Of a stretch of DNA of 32,000 bases, positions 14,419 to 25,700 are shown one piece after another; the stretch's first letter is position 1, and the number at the start of each line of letters is the position of its first letter. Origin of the DNA: Candidatus Lokiarchaeum ossiferum (GTDB lineage: Archaea; Asgardarchaeota; Lokiarchaeia; Sigyniarchaeales; Promethearchaeaceae). The notes beneath the pieces are model-generated. The model did not search any database. It saw nothing but the letters and a program-made list of their open reading frames with translations, and was not told where the DNA came from. The DNA is taken from NCBI GenBank assembly GCA_025839675.1, contig CP104013.1, positions 3,540,001-3,572,000 of the forward strand. Direction: 5' to 3'. Position numbers and translations under genes: made by a program.

Positions 14419-14512
14419 ATTTTCGAAAATTTAATTGGAAGTAATTTCACCAAATAATTTTCATCTATTTATTGATATACAGTAGATGATTTTAGTGATA
14501 GAATTTCGAAAT
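14419..14512. promoter_or_regulatory. two TTTCGAAA-core palindromes in the divergent promoter region between the CxxC gene and clpB
   Basis: ATTTTCGAAAAT (14419-14430) is a perfect 12-bp palindrome and ATTTCGAAAT (14503-14512) a perfect 10-bp palindrome. Their centres are 83 bp apart. Confidence 0.3.
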
Positions 14513-14602
14513 AATTTATGACAACATTAAGTTCACAAAGTTTAAATATGAGAATTGCTTCTATTCTTTTGAAGAAATAAAAAAATATAGGAGAAAAGAA
14601 AA

Positions 14603-17197
14603 ATGGAATTAAATAGATTTACCGTTAAGTTACAAGAAGCTATCCAAAAAGCACGCAATATTGCTAAAGAGCATAGTCATCAACAAATCGAAGTCGAGCA
14701 TCTTTTATCCGCATTACTTGCTTCCTCCGAGAATGTGGCTTTTACCGTCATATCCAAGGCTGGAGCTAATCCTCAAAAAGTAAAATCAGAAGTTGATAAA
14801 GAAATTGATCGCTATCCTTCCGTAACTGGGAGTTCCATTGGGGATTTATACATTTCACGATCTTTGAACAATGTGATCAATATCGCCATGACCGCGATGG
14901 AAGAAATGAAAGATCAATTTTTATCCTCGGAACACATTCTACTCGCAATAATTCAAGATGACTCAAATCATGCTGGTGGAATTCTTAAGAACAATGGATT
15001 GACCCGGGATAGTATTTTTCGTGCAATTTCGGAAATTCGCGGAAATACGTCCATCGATAACCAAAACCCAGAGGCTCAATATCAACCTCTTCAAAAATAT
15101 ACTAAAAATTTGAATGATATGGCTCGTCAAGGCAAGTTAGATCCCGTAATAGGTCGGGATGATGAAATTCGGCGAGTTATTACTATTTTATCCCGGAGAA
15201 CTAAAAATAATCCCATCCTCATTGGTGATGCAGGAGTTGGAAAAACCGCAATTGTGGAGGGTATTGCTCAACGGATACAGAATGGTGATGTACCTGAATC
15301 TTTAAAAGAAAAAATAGTCCTCAGTTTAGATCTCGGGGCTTTAATTGCTGGAGCCAAATATCGAGGAGAATTTGAAGAACGCTTGAAAAGTGTTTTAAAA
15401 GAAATTACAAAAAGTGATGGTACGTATATTCTCTTCATCGATGAATTGCATACTTTAGTCGGGGCAGGTGCAGCCGAAGGTGCAATGGATGCAAGTAATA
15501 TGCTAAAACCAGCTTTAGCTCGTGGAGAACTTCGGAGTATTGGAGCCACTACTATCAAAGAATATCGAAAATATATTGAAAAGGACACTGCTTTAACTCG
15601 AAGATTTCAACCTGTGCTTGTCTCAGAACCGACCGTTGAACAAACGATAACAATACTGCGGGGTTTGAAAGAAAAATATGAAGTTCATCATGGGATCCAT
15701 ATTAAAGATAGCGCCTTAATTGCAGCTGCAACTCTGTCTCATCGTTATATCACCGATAGGTTTCTACCCGATAAAGCGATTGATTTAATCGATGAAGCCA
15801 GCTCTCGGTTACGAATCGAACTTGATTCTATGCCTTTAGAAATGGATGAAATTCATCGAAAAATAATTCAATTGCAAATTGAACAAGAAGCTTTAAAGAA
15901 AGAATCCGATTCTGCTGCTAAAGATCAATTATCTCAATGTACTGATAAAATCGAATTATTGCAAAAGAGCTATGATCGATTCAAAGAGCAATGGGACCAA
16001 GAAAAAAACTTAATTACCTCGCTTTCCCGTTTAAATCAGCGGATTGAAGAAACAAAAGCTGAAGAAGAGCGCGCAACACGATCTGGTGATCTTGGAAAAG
16101 CTGCAGAATTACGATATGGGGTAAGAAATGATCTCCAACAAGAGCATAAACGCATGCAACAAAAGCTAAATGAATTATCACAAGAAAAGCGAATGTTACG
16201 CGAAGAAGTATCTTCTGAAGATATTGCGAAGATTGTTGGTCAATGGACAAATATTCCTGTCTCCAGATTGCTAGAAGGAGAAAAATCTAAATTACTTGAA
16301 ATGGAATCCCGTCTTAAAAATCGTGTTGTGGGACAAGATTCCGCCTTAATTGTTCTCTCAAATGCTATTCGGCGTGCCCGTTCTGGTATTCAGAGCCCCA
16401 ATCGCCCAATCGGATCATTTATCTTTTTAGGTCCTACGGGTGTAGGAAAAACTGAAACTGCCAAAGCCCTCGCCGAATTTCTATTTGATAGTGAAGAGGC
16501 AATGATTCGCATTGACATGTCTGAATATATGGAAAAACACAGTGTAGCACGGTTAATTGGAGCTCCACCGGGTTATGTAGGATATGATGAGGGAGGTCAA
16601 TTGACTGAAGCCGTTCGTCGCCGCCCTTACTCGGTCATTTTATTTGATGAAATCGAAAAAGCTCACCCCAATATTTTCAATGTCCTTTTGCAGGTCCTTG
16701 ATGATGGGAGATTAACTGATGGAAAGGGGCGAACTATAGATTTCAAAAATACTGTACTAATCATGACCAGCAATATCGGAAGTTCTCTCATGGCCACAAA
16801 GCATGAAGAAAATACAGTATTATCCGAGAAAGATCTAAAAGAACTGTTAAAGCAATACTTCCAGCCAGAATTTCTCAATCGAGTGGATGATGTAATAACT
16901 TTTAACTTTTTGGAAAAAGAACAGATAGAATCAATTGTGGATATTCAAATACAACGTATGAATACGGTCCTAAAACCCAAGAATCTGACAGTATCCCTCA
17001 CCAAAGAAGCCCGTCAATTTTTAGCGGATGTTGGATTTGATCCCGAATATGGAGCGCGACCTTTAAAACGAGCAATTCAGCGACATCTCCAAGATAAACT
17101 CGCGTTGGCAATCTTAAAAGGAGAAATTACAGAAAATCAATCACTTAGAGTTATATTAGTTAAGAACAACGAGCTTGTATTTGAAACAATAGATTAG
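14603..17197 (+). CDS. clpB: ATP-dependent disaggregase ClpB
   Basis: It is 864 aa with a Clp N-domain, two AAA+ modules ([13 protein letters not shown] and [14 protein letters not shown]) and a long coiled-coil middle domain between them. The middle domain distinguishes ClpB from ClpA/ClpX. The SD AGGAG lies upstream. Confidence 0.92.
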   Translation: MELNRFTVKLQEAIQKARNIAKEHSHQQIEVEHLLSALLASSENVAFTVISKAGANPQKVKSEVDKEIDRYPSVTGSSIGDLYISRSLNNVINIAMTAMEEMKDQFLSSEHILLAIIQDDSNHAGGILKNNGLTRDSIFRAISEIRGNTSIDNQNPEAQYQPLQKYTKNLNDMARQGKLDPVIGRDDEIRRVITILSRRTKNNPILIGDAGVGKTAIVEGIAQRIQNGDVPESLKEKIVLSLDLGALIAGAKYRGEFEERLKSVLKEITKSDGTYILFIDELHTLVGAGAAEGAMDASNMLKPALARGELRSIGATTIKEYRKYIEKDTALTRRFQPVLVSEPTVEQTITILRGLKEKYEVHHGIHIKDSALIAAATLSHRYITDRFLPDKAIDLIDEASSRLRIELDSMPLEMDEIHRKIIQLQIEQEALKKESDSAAKDQLSQCTDKIELLQKSYDRFKEQWDQEKNLITSLSRLNQRIEETKAEEERATRSGDLGKAAELRYGVRNDLQQEHKRMQQKLNELSQEKRMLREEVSSEDIAKIVGQWTNIPVSRLLEGEKSKLLEMESRLKNRVVGQDSALIVLSNAIRRARSGIQSPNRPIGSFIFLGPTGVGKTETAKALAEFLFDSEEAMIRIDMSEYMEKHSVARLIGAPPGYVGYDEGGQLTEAVRRRPYSVILFDEIEKAHPNIFNVLLQVLDDGRLTDGKGRTIDFKNTVLIMTSNIGSSLMATKHEENTVLSEKDLKELLKQYFQPEFLNRVDDVITFNFLEKEQIESIVDIQIQRMNTVLKPKNLTVSLTKEARQFLADVGFDPEYGARPLKRAIQRHLQDKLALAILKGEITENQSLRVILVKNNELVFETID

Positions 17198-17234
17198 GCT
17201 AAATAAACATTCTATAAATTTTACAATTAAACTC

Positions 17235-17244
17235 TTTTTTTTTT
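17235..17244 (+). terminator. T10 tract after clpB
   Basis: The sequence aaactc-tttttttttt-atc lies about 38 nt after the clpB stop. The region 17198-17327 also has T runs on the minus strand, downstream of trpS. Confidence 0.45.
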
Positions 17245-17327
17245 ATCATTTCTTAACCCACTTTATTCTTGAATAAAACTTGCATTAAGCTCCTATAAAA
17301 AACAGAAAAAAGATTTAAAAAGATTTT

Positions 17328-18503
17328 TTATTGCTTATCTAAAATTTGTTTGGCTATCGGGATGAATTTTTCTTTGCGTGCGTTATGATCCTTGATATAA
17401 TCCATGATTGTTTTGATGGCTTCTTTCTTACATATCCCACACAGCATTCCCCCGCGGCAGCGGAGGTAACGATCTTGCAGTTTCTCATCGTCTGGTTGGA
17501 AGTGAATTTGCAAGAGTTTGAAAATCATACATTTTTCTGGAACCCCCCCGAGTTTTTCTTGCTCTTCTCGGTTATTTCTTCCTCCCGTATAAGCATTTCG
17601 GAGTTTCTTTTCAATCGCTTTGGGTTCATCATCCATATTGAAGTAACTATTGGGGCGAGATTTGCTCATTTTCTTATTAACATCATCTAATCCAGGGAGA
17701 AGCTTATGATAAGTTGCAGCAGGTTTAAAGAAGGGGATTTCCACTTTCTTTTTCGTTTTTTCGTCAATTTCAGTAGCTTTAAAATGCTTGGTTAAATCCC
17801 GAACGAGTCGCAAATGAGGATCTTGATCAATTCCCACTGGAACGACCGTAGGCATTCGTTCATCTTTCAATTGTGGCATTAAAATATCTCCAACTTGAAC
17901 TAAGGCTGCTAAATATAAGGCAAAATCACGATCTCCGTAGATTGCTTTCATCATATTATTGGTAACATATCGTCCCGCTGTAAAAGGCATGTCTTTCACT
18001 ATGGGTTCTTGAGATTGACGCCATATGTAAGCACGATCAGGATCCAAACCTAAGGTTAAAATATCCGCGAGATTGTCAATCGCATTATGATAGGACTCGT
18101 CATAGGTCATCCCATTATCTGCAAAAGATTCTATGTCTGCAATCGCATAATACACAAATCCTCCCATTTTTTGAAATTCTACTATTTCTGAGGCGGTCGT
18201 CATGGTTCCTAAGTGAAAATGTCCGCTAGGTTTAATGCCACTCATTACGGCCCACGGCTTTTGGTCCTGAATCGCTCGCAAAATCAACTGAAAATCTCGA
18301 TGACCATAGATTATCTTTCTTCGTAAGAAGCGATTTTTTTCATAAAGAGAGTAAGGAATTTCCATCTCTTGTATCATTTTGATTCCAAACTCTTCACAGA
18401 GCCGAACATAGTCCTCATCGGAAACCAAATCATCTCCCCAAGGGTTAAACGCCGGTTCTTGGGGAGTCTCCGAAGGAGGTAATTCATTTTCTTCTTTCGA
18501 CAT
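17328..18503 (-). CDS. trpS: tryptophan--tRNA ligase (archaeal/eukaryal type)
   Basis: It is a class I aaRS with GIKPSGHFHLG (HIGH-like) and KMSKS motifs. The C-terminal segment GGVPEKCMIFKLLQIHF...CRGGMLCGICKKE is typical of archaeal/eukaryal TrpRS. I use ATG 18503; the track ORF begins 3 codons earlier at TTG 18512. Confidence 0.82.
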   Translation of the reverse strand: MSKEENELPPSETPQEPAFNPWGDDLVSDEDYVRLCEEFGIKMIQEMEIPYSLYEKNRFLRRKIIYGHRDFQLILRAIQDQKPWAVMSGIKPSGHFHLGTMTTASEIVEFQKMGGFVYYAIADIESFADNGMTYDESYHNAIDNLADILTLGLDPDRAYIWRQSQEPIVKDMPFTAGRYVTNNMMKAIYGDRDFALYLAALVQVGDILMPQLKDERMPTVVPVGIDQDPHLRLVRDLTKHFKATEIDEKTKKKVEIPFFKPAATYHKLLPGLDDVNKKMSKSRPNSYFNMDDEPKAIEKKLRNAYTGGRNNREEQEKLGGVPEKCMIFKLLQIHFQPDDEKLQDRYLRCRGGMLCGICKKEAIKTIMDYIKDHNARKEKFIPIAKQILDKQ

Positions 18504-18720
18504 TACTTCCAAATAATGTTCGCTTTGATTTTATTTTTTCGTCTTTGGGCGACAAAACTAGCATTTAAATTGAATTGAAAAAAACAGCGATTTTTCAGTT
18601 TTTGAATCACAAAAATTATAATAAATCCCCTATTTTTTCTACTAACTCATGTGAGAATTCTTGGATTGGTATCGTATTACCAACACTCACAAATGAGACT
18701 TAAATTAAAAGGTTAAAAGC

Positions 18721-20331
18721 ATGGCCGGTAAATTTCTAAATCTATTCTCTCCGTTTGTTCGAATTACTCCCGAAATTAAACAACCCGATCGGGAGATTTC
18801 GTTTAAAGATAAATTAATTTACACCCTTGTTGTTTTGGTACTCTATATAATTATGTCTAATACTCCATTATATGGATTGCCTAATACTGAACAAGGTGTA
18901 GATTACTACTTTTGGCTCCGTACGATTCTAGCTTCCCAACGAGGAACATTAACTGAAATGGGTATTGGACCTATAGTAACGGCCGGATTGATCATGCAAC
19001 TTCTCCAAGGATCAAAAATGATCAATGTAAATATGGCTGATCCAAGTGATCGAGCTTTATTCACTGGAGCCCAAAAAGTAATTGCAGTTTTCCTCACAAT
19101 CTTTCAAATTGTCGCATATCTCGCAGGAGGTGCTTTTGGAAACATTGGCACTGCAGATGGAGAATTATCCATTCCTTTAGCGATTGCTATCTTTCTGCAA
19201 TTGATGTCTGCAGGCATTCTTATTATGATGATGGATGAAATTTTGCAGAAAGGTTATGGTTTAGGATCTGGTGTTTCCTTGTTTATAGCTTCTGGGGTTG
19301 CAGGACAAATTTTCTGGAATGCTCTTAGTCCCACCGGTATGTCGGGTGATGGCTCCGATGGCTTAATGCGGGGTATCATTTTAGCTTTCTTCCAAGTTTT
19401 ATTTACCGATCAAGAAATACCTGGTCCTGGTCCCAATACCACGGATCCAGAAAATCCTCTTCTAGGGCATAGATTATTTGGTACTCGAGATGACAATCTG
19501 TTCCGTATACGAGATCTTTGGATTCGAGAAGCGGGTGCTCCCGGTCTTTTAGGATTAATCTTAACGATAGTCATTTTTGGTATTGTAATCTATGTAGAAA
19601 CAATGCGAGTGGAAATTCCCTTAACCTACGCTGGTTACAAAGGTTATCGTGGAAAATATCCCATGAAATTACTATATGTGTCTAACATTCCCGTTATTTT
19701 AGCCCAAGCTCTCTATGCCAACTTTCTCTTCTTCGGTCAGCTGATATGGAAGAAGGCTGAGGGTTCGAGTTGGGAAACATTTGGAAAATTAATCGGATCT
19801 TTTGAACAGGCTTCAGCGCAAAGTGGAGGGGCATCGCATATGACACCAACCGGAGGGTTGATTTATTTTCTCACTCCGCCTCAAGGATTGTCTGCACTTA
19901 TTACGAAGATAAGAGACTATGGGGATAACGAAACTACTGAACAACTTTGGGAGATTATTGCACATCCTATCATTTATTTATTTCTTTTCATCACCATTTG
20001 TGTCTTCTTTGGAAAGATTTGGGTCGAAGTCAGTGGATTGGCTCCTCGTGATATTGCTGGACAGATTATCAATTCCAAGATGCAAATCCCGGGTTTCCGA
20101 CGCAGTGAAAAAGTTATCGAAAAGATTCTTAAACGATATATTCCGACGCTAACGATATTGTGTGGTTTTATAGTAGGGATCCTAAGCTTTACAGCAGATT
20201 TTCTGGGGTGTTTAAGTTCAGGAACAGGTTTGCTATTATCGGTCGGTATTGTTCAAAATTATGCGGAAACTATTTCTAAAGAAGCTGCTTCCGAACAATA
20301 CCCTGGCATGCGTGGCTTGTTAGGAAATTAA
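18721..20331 (+). CDS. secY: preprotein translocase subunit SecY (Sec61-alpha type)
   Basis: It is 536 aa and multi-pass. The N-terminus PEIKQPDREISFKDKLIYTLVVLVLYIIMSNTPLYGL and the segment KLLYVSNIPVILAQAL are typical of archaeal SecY/Sec61-alpha. Confidence 0.88.
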   Translation: MAGKFLNLFSPFVRITPEIKQPDREISFKDKLIYTLVVLVLYIIMSNTPLYGLPNTEQGVDYYFWLRTILASQRGTLTEMGIGPIVTAGLIMQLLQGSKMINVNMADPSDRALFTGAQKVIAVFLTIFQIVAYLAGGAFGNIGTADGELSIPLAIAIFLQLMSAGILIMMMDEILQKGYGLGSGVSLFIASGVAGQIFWNALSPTGMSGDGSDGLMRGIILAFFQVLFTDQEIPGPGPNTTDPENPLLGHRLFGTRDDNLFRIRDLWIREAGAPGLLGLILTIVIFGIVIYVETMRVEIPLTYAGYKGYRGKYPMKLLYVSNIPVILAQALYANFLFFGQLIWKKAEGSSWETFGKLIGSFEQASAQSGGASHMTPTGGLIYFLTPPQGLSALITKIRDYGDNETTEQLWEIIAHPIIYLFLFITICVFFGKIWVEVSGLAPRDIAGQIINSKMQIPGFRRSEKVIEKILKRYIPTLTILCGFIVGILSFTADFLGCLSSGTGLLLSVGIVQNYAETISKEAASEQYPGMRGLLGN

Positions 20332-20337
20332 AAATCG

Positions 20338-20345
20338 TTTTTTTT
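20338..20345 (+). terminator. T8 tract after secY
   Basis: The sequence atcg-tttttttt-aaac lies 7 nt after the secY stop. Confidence 0.45.
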
Positions 20346-20455
20346 AAACCCATTTTTTCTCATAATTCTTTTTCTTCCTTTCTGTTTTATGTATTCTTCA
20401 GATTGCAAAATTTTTTTTAATTTGGTACCCTTTACCTTCCTATCAGTGGAAAATT

Positions 20456-21124
20456 ATGTTCGCAATTATATTCGCTTGGGCTGATTTCATAGCCCTTGTT
20501 TCCAAACCTCCCAATTCATTGTGGTTTATTTTTGTCATTTGTTTGCTCGTTTCAGGAATATCTACCTTTTTAAATCGAAAATTGGTGGATTTAGATCAAG
20601 CTAATCGTATTCAAGCAGTGGTATCGGAACACAATAAAAAGAAAAAAGCGTTACTGAAACTCTCTGAAGAAAATCCGAAGAAATATGCAAAGGAATATGC
20701 AAAATGGCAAAGAAGAGATGCAAGCGTAAAGAAAATGCAGCAATCTATGTCTCTGAATCGATTGAAACCAACGTGTATTACTTTTGTTCCTATGATTGTC
20801 TTCTTTTATTTAATTCGATCTATATATACTCCTGAGGGTTCTGCCATCCAAATTCCTGTTGCTCGGCCTGTGATGAATCCTATGGATGATTTTCCTGCTT
20901 TTATTGTAACAATGATGCGTTCCCAGTTGTTTTCTGTGCTTGGAAATATTCAAATCGTCTCGGGATGGCTTGGGTTTACTGGCTATTACATGTTATGTTC
21001 TTTTACAACTTCAACCTTTATGCAAAAAATCTTTAAAACCTCACCACAAGGAGCTCAAGGTGGAGGTTCTTCCCTTTTCGATACAACTGCACAGATGGAA
21101 TTACCAAAACCGGGTAAATTCTAG
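20456..21124 (+). CDS. DUF106/EMC3-TMCO1-like membrane protein (archaeal Oxa1/YidC-superfamily insertase candidate)
   Basis: It is 222 aa. It has a first TM segment, then a long lysine-rich coiled-coil hairpin (HNKKKKALLKLSEENPKKYAKEYAKWQRRDASVKKMQQ), then two more TM segments with WLGFTGYYMLCSF. This is the topology and motif style of the DUF106 family. Confidence 0.68.
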   Translation: MFAIIFAWADFIALVSKPPNSLWFIFVICLLVSGISTFLNRKLVDLDQANRIQAVVSEHNKKKKALLKLSEENPKKYAKEYAKWQRRDASVKKMQQSMSLNRLKPTCITFVPMIVFFYLIRSIYTPEGSAIQIPVARPVMNPMDDFPAFIVTMMRSQLFSVLGNIQIVSGWLGFTGYYMLCSFTTSTFMQKIFKTSPQGAQGGGSSLFDTTAQMELPKPGKF

Positions 21125-21138
21125 CAAAACCCGATTTC

Positions 21139-21147
21139 TTTTTTTTT
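21139..21147 (+). terminator. T9 tract after the DUF106 gene
   Basis: The sequence gatttc-ttttttttt-cg lies 15 nt after the stop. Confidence 0.45.
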
Positions 21148-21199
21148 CGAATTTTTATAAAACCTTACTTTTTTAGCGAGTAAAACAAACATTTTATTG

Positions 21200-21739
21200 A
21201 TGCCCGAAAAAAAAATTCTTATCGGTGAAACCTTCAATGAAAAAGAAACAGAGATTATAGATGTATCCAATTTCTTTAATTATCAGAAAGCTATCAATTC
21301 TTTAATTGATTATCTCAATATTGCAATCGATGATACAATTGGAGGATTTACACGCTCCGATCAACTACTTTTTACTCATGTAAATAAGAAACTTATATTA
21401 AATGCGATTTTAGAAGCGGGATTCTATGATTTTTGTAAATTTCGTTTAGCGAAAGTCGCTGAAAGTGATGCCTTAGAGGATGAGGGAAAATTCATGGAGA
21501 TGATGGAGATTGTGCAAGGAGAAATTGATTTATTGGCATATCTTCTAGTTAATACACGTTTAGCTCATCGAAATCTGAATTTTGATTTGTTTCTTAGTTT
21601 GTTAAAGGGCGGATTGTTTGTGGATACTATGGAAACCCATGACAAGATTGTAAAAGACATGGAAAATCAAGCAAAAACGGTGAATAGAAAAAATATTAAA
21701 GATAATGTCAAGATTGACGGAGATAATTTATATATATAG
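21200..21739 (+). CDS. hypothetical protein (predicted mostly helical)
   Basis: It is a 179-aa ORF from ATG 21200 (the track starts one codon earlier at TTG 21197). I recognise no motifs. Confidence 0.5.
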   Translation: MPEKKILIGETFNEKETEIIDVSNFFNYQKAINSLIDYLNIAIDDTIGGFTRSDQLLFTHVNKKLILNAILEAGFYDFCKFRLAKVAESDALEDEGKFMEMMEIVQGEIDLLAYLLVNTRLAHRNLNFDLFLSLLKGGLFVDTMETHDKIVKDMENQAKTVNRKNIKDNVKIDGDNLYI

Positions 21740-21766
21740 TTTGAATTTTCACTTATTTTGCCTAAA

Positions 21767-22780
21767 CTAATTTCTTTTTCTTGTTGTTTTTTTCTCTCGC
21801 TTCGTTTTAGGTTTGGTTTCTAAGGTCACGGCTGTTTGGTACATTTTTTTAGTAATTCCTAAATACAGATCCCGTAATATAAGTTGGAAAGAATCTGGTT
21901 GTTCCAAATTGGGAGCAATTCCAATGTTATCCAAGGTTTCTATGACATTTTTAGGTGGACTGAATTTAAAGCCAATCTGCATCGATTTATCAGATTTCGA
22001 AAAAGGAATTTCTTGAATATCTTCCGCGGTTATTGAGGGATAATCAAAGGAATCTTCAGAAAAGTCTATCATTTGATGTAATTTCTTAATCGACTTTGCA
22101 ATTGGTTGTTGAGAACAAGATCTAACGGTTTGTAATTGTTGTAGAATTTCATCTTTATCCATTCCTCGTAGTTTTAAGATAAGAAAAGGATCAAAATCCA
22201 TCACTCGAGCAACATACAATGTCGTTGCTGCAATATGTTTGCAGGGAACTGCTTTGTCGGGGCAAGAACAAGTCGCATTTAAAGTACGATTTGGTGAGGG
22301 ATACAAAGGAAATCCTTTTTCATTGAAGATTTCTTCCACATCTTGAGGCATTTGATTTTCGAGTAATTTTATAATATAACGAGCTTTCTCCGCAATTAAA
22401 CCGATAATACCTTCCCATCCACGTTTTGGAATTGGATCAAAATGAATTTTGACTCGATAAGGCATAGGTGCCGTTCCTTGAACAGAAGCAAAGATCAAAC
22501 CAGGAGTAATTGTCAAATTCGAGATTCGTTCTTCCTGTGCATATCGTAACCCTCTTTGCATCCGAAATGGTCGCCCGTATTCCAAGATGGAGTTCACCCA
22601 CCTTCGTCCCCATTCCGTTCGGGCAAAACTCCGCAATTGATTTTTAATGTCTTCGATTTCCGACTGTTTTCGTCTTCGATCTTGGGGTGTTTTTGATCGA
22701 TATGACGCTGGATCCTTGCGATGTGCGTTTTTGGTCAATTTTCGAAATGATGTCGGGGAGTTATTTTCTTTTTTTGCCAT
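21767..22780 (-). CDS. SWIM zinc-finger protein
   Basis: It is 337 aa with the SWIM signature CSCPDKAVPCKHIAATTLYV (CxC-x7-CxH), encoded around 22233-22272. Both the N- and C-terminal tails are basic. Its ATG lies 1 nt after the stop of the upstream SNF2 gene. Confidence 0.8.
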   Translation of the reverse strand: MAKKENNSPTSFRKLTKNAHRKDPASYRSKTPQDRRRKQSEIEDIKNQLRSFARTEWGRRWVNSILEYGRPFRMQRGLRYAQEERISNLTITPGLIFASVQGTAPMPYRVKIHFDPIPKRGWEGIIGLIAEKARYIIKLLENQMPQDVEEIFNEKGFPLYPSPNRTLNATCSCPDKAVPCKHIAATTLYVARVMDFDPFLILKLRGMDKDEILQQLQTVRSCSQQPIAKSIKKLHQMIDFSEDSFDYPSITAEDIQEIPFSKSDKSMQIGFKFSPPKNVIETLDNIGIAPNLEQPDSFQLILRDLYLGITKKMYQTAVTLETKPKTKREKKTTRKRN

Positions 22781-22781
22781 A

Positions 22782-25700
22782 TTAAATCCCCCCTTCCATA
22801 GAATTTAAGGAGAATAAATCTCTTAGTTCTTCATTGGAAAGGCTCGTTATCCACGTTTCTCCTGAAGAAGTTAAAATTCGATCCGCCAAATCTCGCTTCT
22901 CTTCAAGCATTTGATCAATTTTCTCTTCAATAGTGCCTGTAGAAACAAATTTGTACACATTTACACGGTTCTGTTGCCCTATACGATAAGCTCGATCAGT
23001 TGCTTGATCCTCAACCGCTGGATTCCACCACCGATCAAAATGAAAAACTGTTGATGCTTGAGTGAGATTTAATCCTGTTCCACCAGCGCGAAGAGACAAA
23101 ATCATGACAGGAGGGCTTTGAAGATCTGTGGATTGAAAATCATCCACCATTTCACCACGTTTGTTTTGTGGAATTCCTCCATGGAAGAAGAGGATCGGAA
23201 GTTTATATTTCAGTTCCAAAGCTTTTTGCAGCAAGGTTCCCATTTGTTTGAATTGGGTGAAAATCAAAATTTTTTCTCCATCCTCCAAAATTTCATCGAT
23301 CATTTCTATTAATCGACCCATTTTTACAGATTCCTTAAAGAAATCATCTAAGCTGATGGATTTAAGATGTGAAGATGTGGCCTCCACGAGATTATCATTG
23401 TCGAGGGCTTCTTCATTGGTACTGTCAACGACTTCAGGAGTTAATTCAAAATAATCGGATCCCAAATGTAAATATTGAAAGGGATGATTGCAGATTTGTT
23501 TGGTGTGTGTTAATAAGCGTAAAATCAAGCCACGTCGTTTTTGTTGGTTTTGTTCTAAGTTTTCCAATTCTTGCATAGTTGAATTTACCACTTGAGCATA
23601 AAGTTTTGCCTGCTCCGGAGCCAGTTGTAAATAAACTTTTATTTCATTCTTTTCGGGAAGATCTTTGATGATGTTTTTATCCGATTTTAACCGCCGGAGA
23701 ATAAAAGGTGAAATGAATCGTTGAAGTTTAGCGGAAATTTGTTCACTATGAAATCGCTCAATGGGATAGACAAATTTCTTCTGAAATTCTGCCCGTTTGC
23801 CCAATAATCCTGGATTTAAAAACTGAAACAAAGTCCAAAGTTCCAATAAACGGTTTTCAATGGGAGTTCCGCTGAGAGCAATTCGATATTGACTTTTCAA
23901 GCGCAAAATCGCCTGAGTTTGTTGCGTTTTGTAATTTTTAATGTTCTGGGATTCATCTAAAATGACACCGGTAAAAGGAATCGTTTCAAAGAAATCAATA
24001 TCATTGCGAACGGTTCCATATGTTGTAAGAATAATTCGATGAGGTTGCATAAATTCTTGCAAGTATTTTGCTTCTTTCTTTCGTTCTGGACCGTGATGAG
24101 TGTAAATATCAAAATTCGGCGCAAATTTTTGGATCTCCCGTTTCCAATTAAACAGAACAGAAGTGGGGCAAATGATCAGGATACTATTTTCCATTTGAGC
24201 ATATTTTTCTTTTCGATATTCTAAAAAGGAGATCACTTCTACCGTTTTCCCGAGTCCCATATCATCGGCTAGACAGACACCAAAATTGAATTCCGCCATA
24301 TTACCTAACCATGTAAGAGCCGTTTCTTGGTAGGCTCTTAAATTTCCGTGGAACGTTTCTGGAACTTGTAAAGTTGAAAAAGATTCAATGTCACTTAATT
24401 GATTAACAATTTGTTGGAATTCTCCTTCTAACTCCACGACATATTGAGAACCTTGGGATCCCACTTGGATTTGACCTGCCATTCCCAATTTCAAAGCTTC
24501 CAGATAGGGAATTTCTCCTTTAATACTCTTCTGATTTTTAAAAATTGGACTTAAATTTTCCATGTCTTGAGGATCTACCAAAATCCATTGGTCGCGCCAG
24601 AAAATTAAAGGTTCTCGACTATTAGCTAGTTCGAGGAATTCTTTTTCCGTGAGTAGTTTTCCTTCCAATTGAGCTTCCCAATGGTATTCCATCATAGAAT
24701 TAATATCAAATAATGAATCAGGTTTTCCTAGTCCACTGTGAGATCGAGTTGTTGTAGTTGAAGATTCCTTTTGTTTTACCACCATTCGAGCCGAAAGCCG
24801 TTGTTGACCTTGAAGGCGAAATTGTTCTGGTAAGACAACCTCAAATCCTGCTTGAATAAGTAAATACATGGATGTTCGTAAAAATTCCATAACCTCTGCA
24901 GATTTTAATTTTAGCTGTTGTGGATTCTTGCTATCTAATGATCTGGAAATAGGGGGAAAATATTTCCTCGCAGTACCCAATGCCCGCAATACTTCTTCTT
25001 GTAATTTATTTTCTTCATCACAGACATTTGCATATTCTAAACTATGGGTAATTATTCCATCCCATAAATCATCTAATGGAATAAAATTATCTGGTTCATG
25101 AAAGGGTTGAAGGTAATACCCCAACACCCAATCGGCATTCGGTGTTTTGGGATAATCTAAACGGAAAGAAAATGAAAATCCTAAGGAAAAAGAAAACCCT
25201 TGGCTATTTTGCACCCAATTTCGTAAAATCCCCGGAATGGGAGTGTCACAAAACCGATTAATTTGAAATTTGTTATTTTTTCCAATACAAGCTGTTAAGA
25301 ATCGGAGGTCCCAAGGGCTTGTTTCATCATCAGCACACGCGTTTTCAAATTCTTCTGAAGTATTGAATTCATAATTATAACGTAAAGCCGTCTTCTCTAG
25401 AAATTTGTCATCAATTGAAGACCGAATTAACATATCAGCACTTGTATCGATGTATTGCGCAAACAGAAATGAAGGATGCCATAACCCACTAGTATAATAT
25501 TGATCTTTTATGGTTTGAGAAGGTATAAAATCAATAGGGAGAGGATAACTGGCCCAAACAGAATTCCGAATTAGATTATTAATTCGATTATGGTCCTGCT
25601 GGGTTTTTAGAATGATTTTCCATTGACCCTTATATTCGTGCTCAGTCAATTGGTCTAAATACGGGATGAAATTTCCTCGTGAAAGAAGTTCCATGGTAAA

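Noticed and set aside
14518-14577. A 19-aa sORF (MTTLSSQSLNMRIASILLKK) lies upstream of clpB.
   Set aside because: It has no compositional signal, no SD and no associated RNA structure. I used it only as a negative control showing that intergenic sORFs here are not generally Leu/Ile/Val runs.
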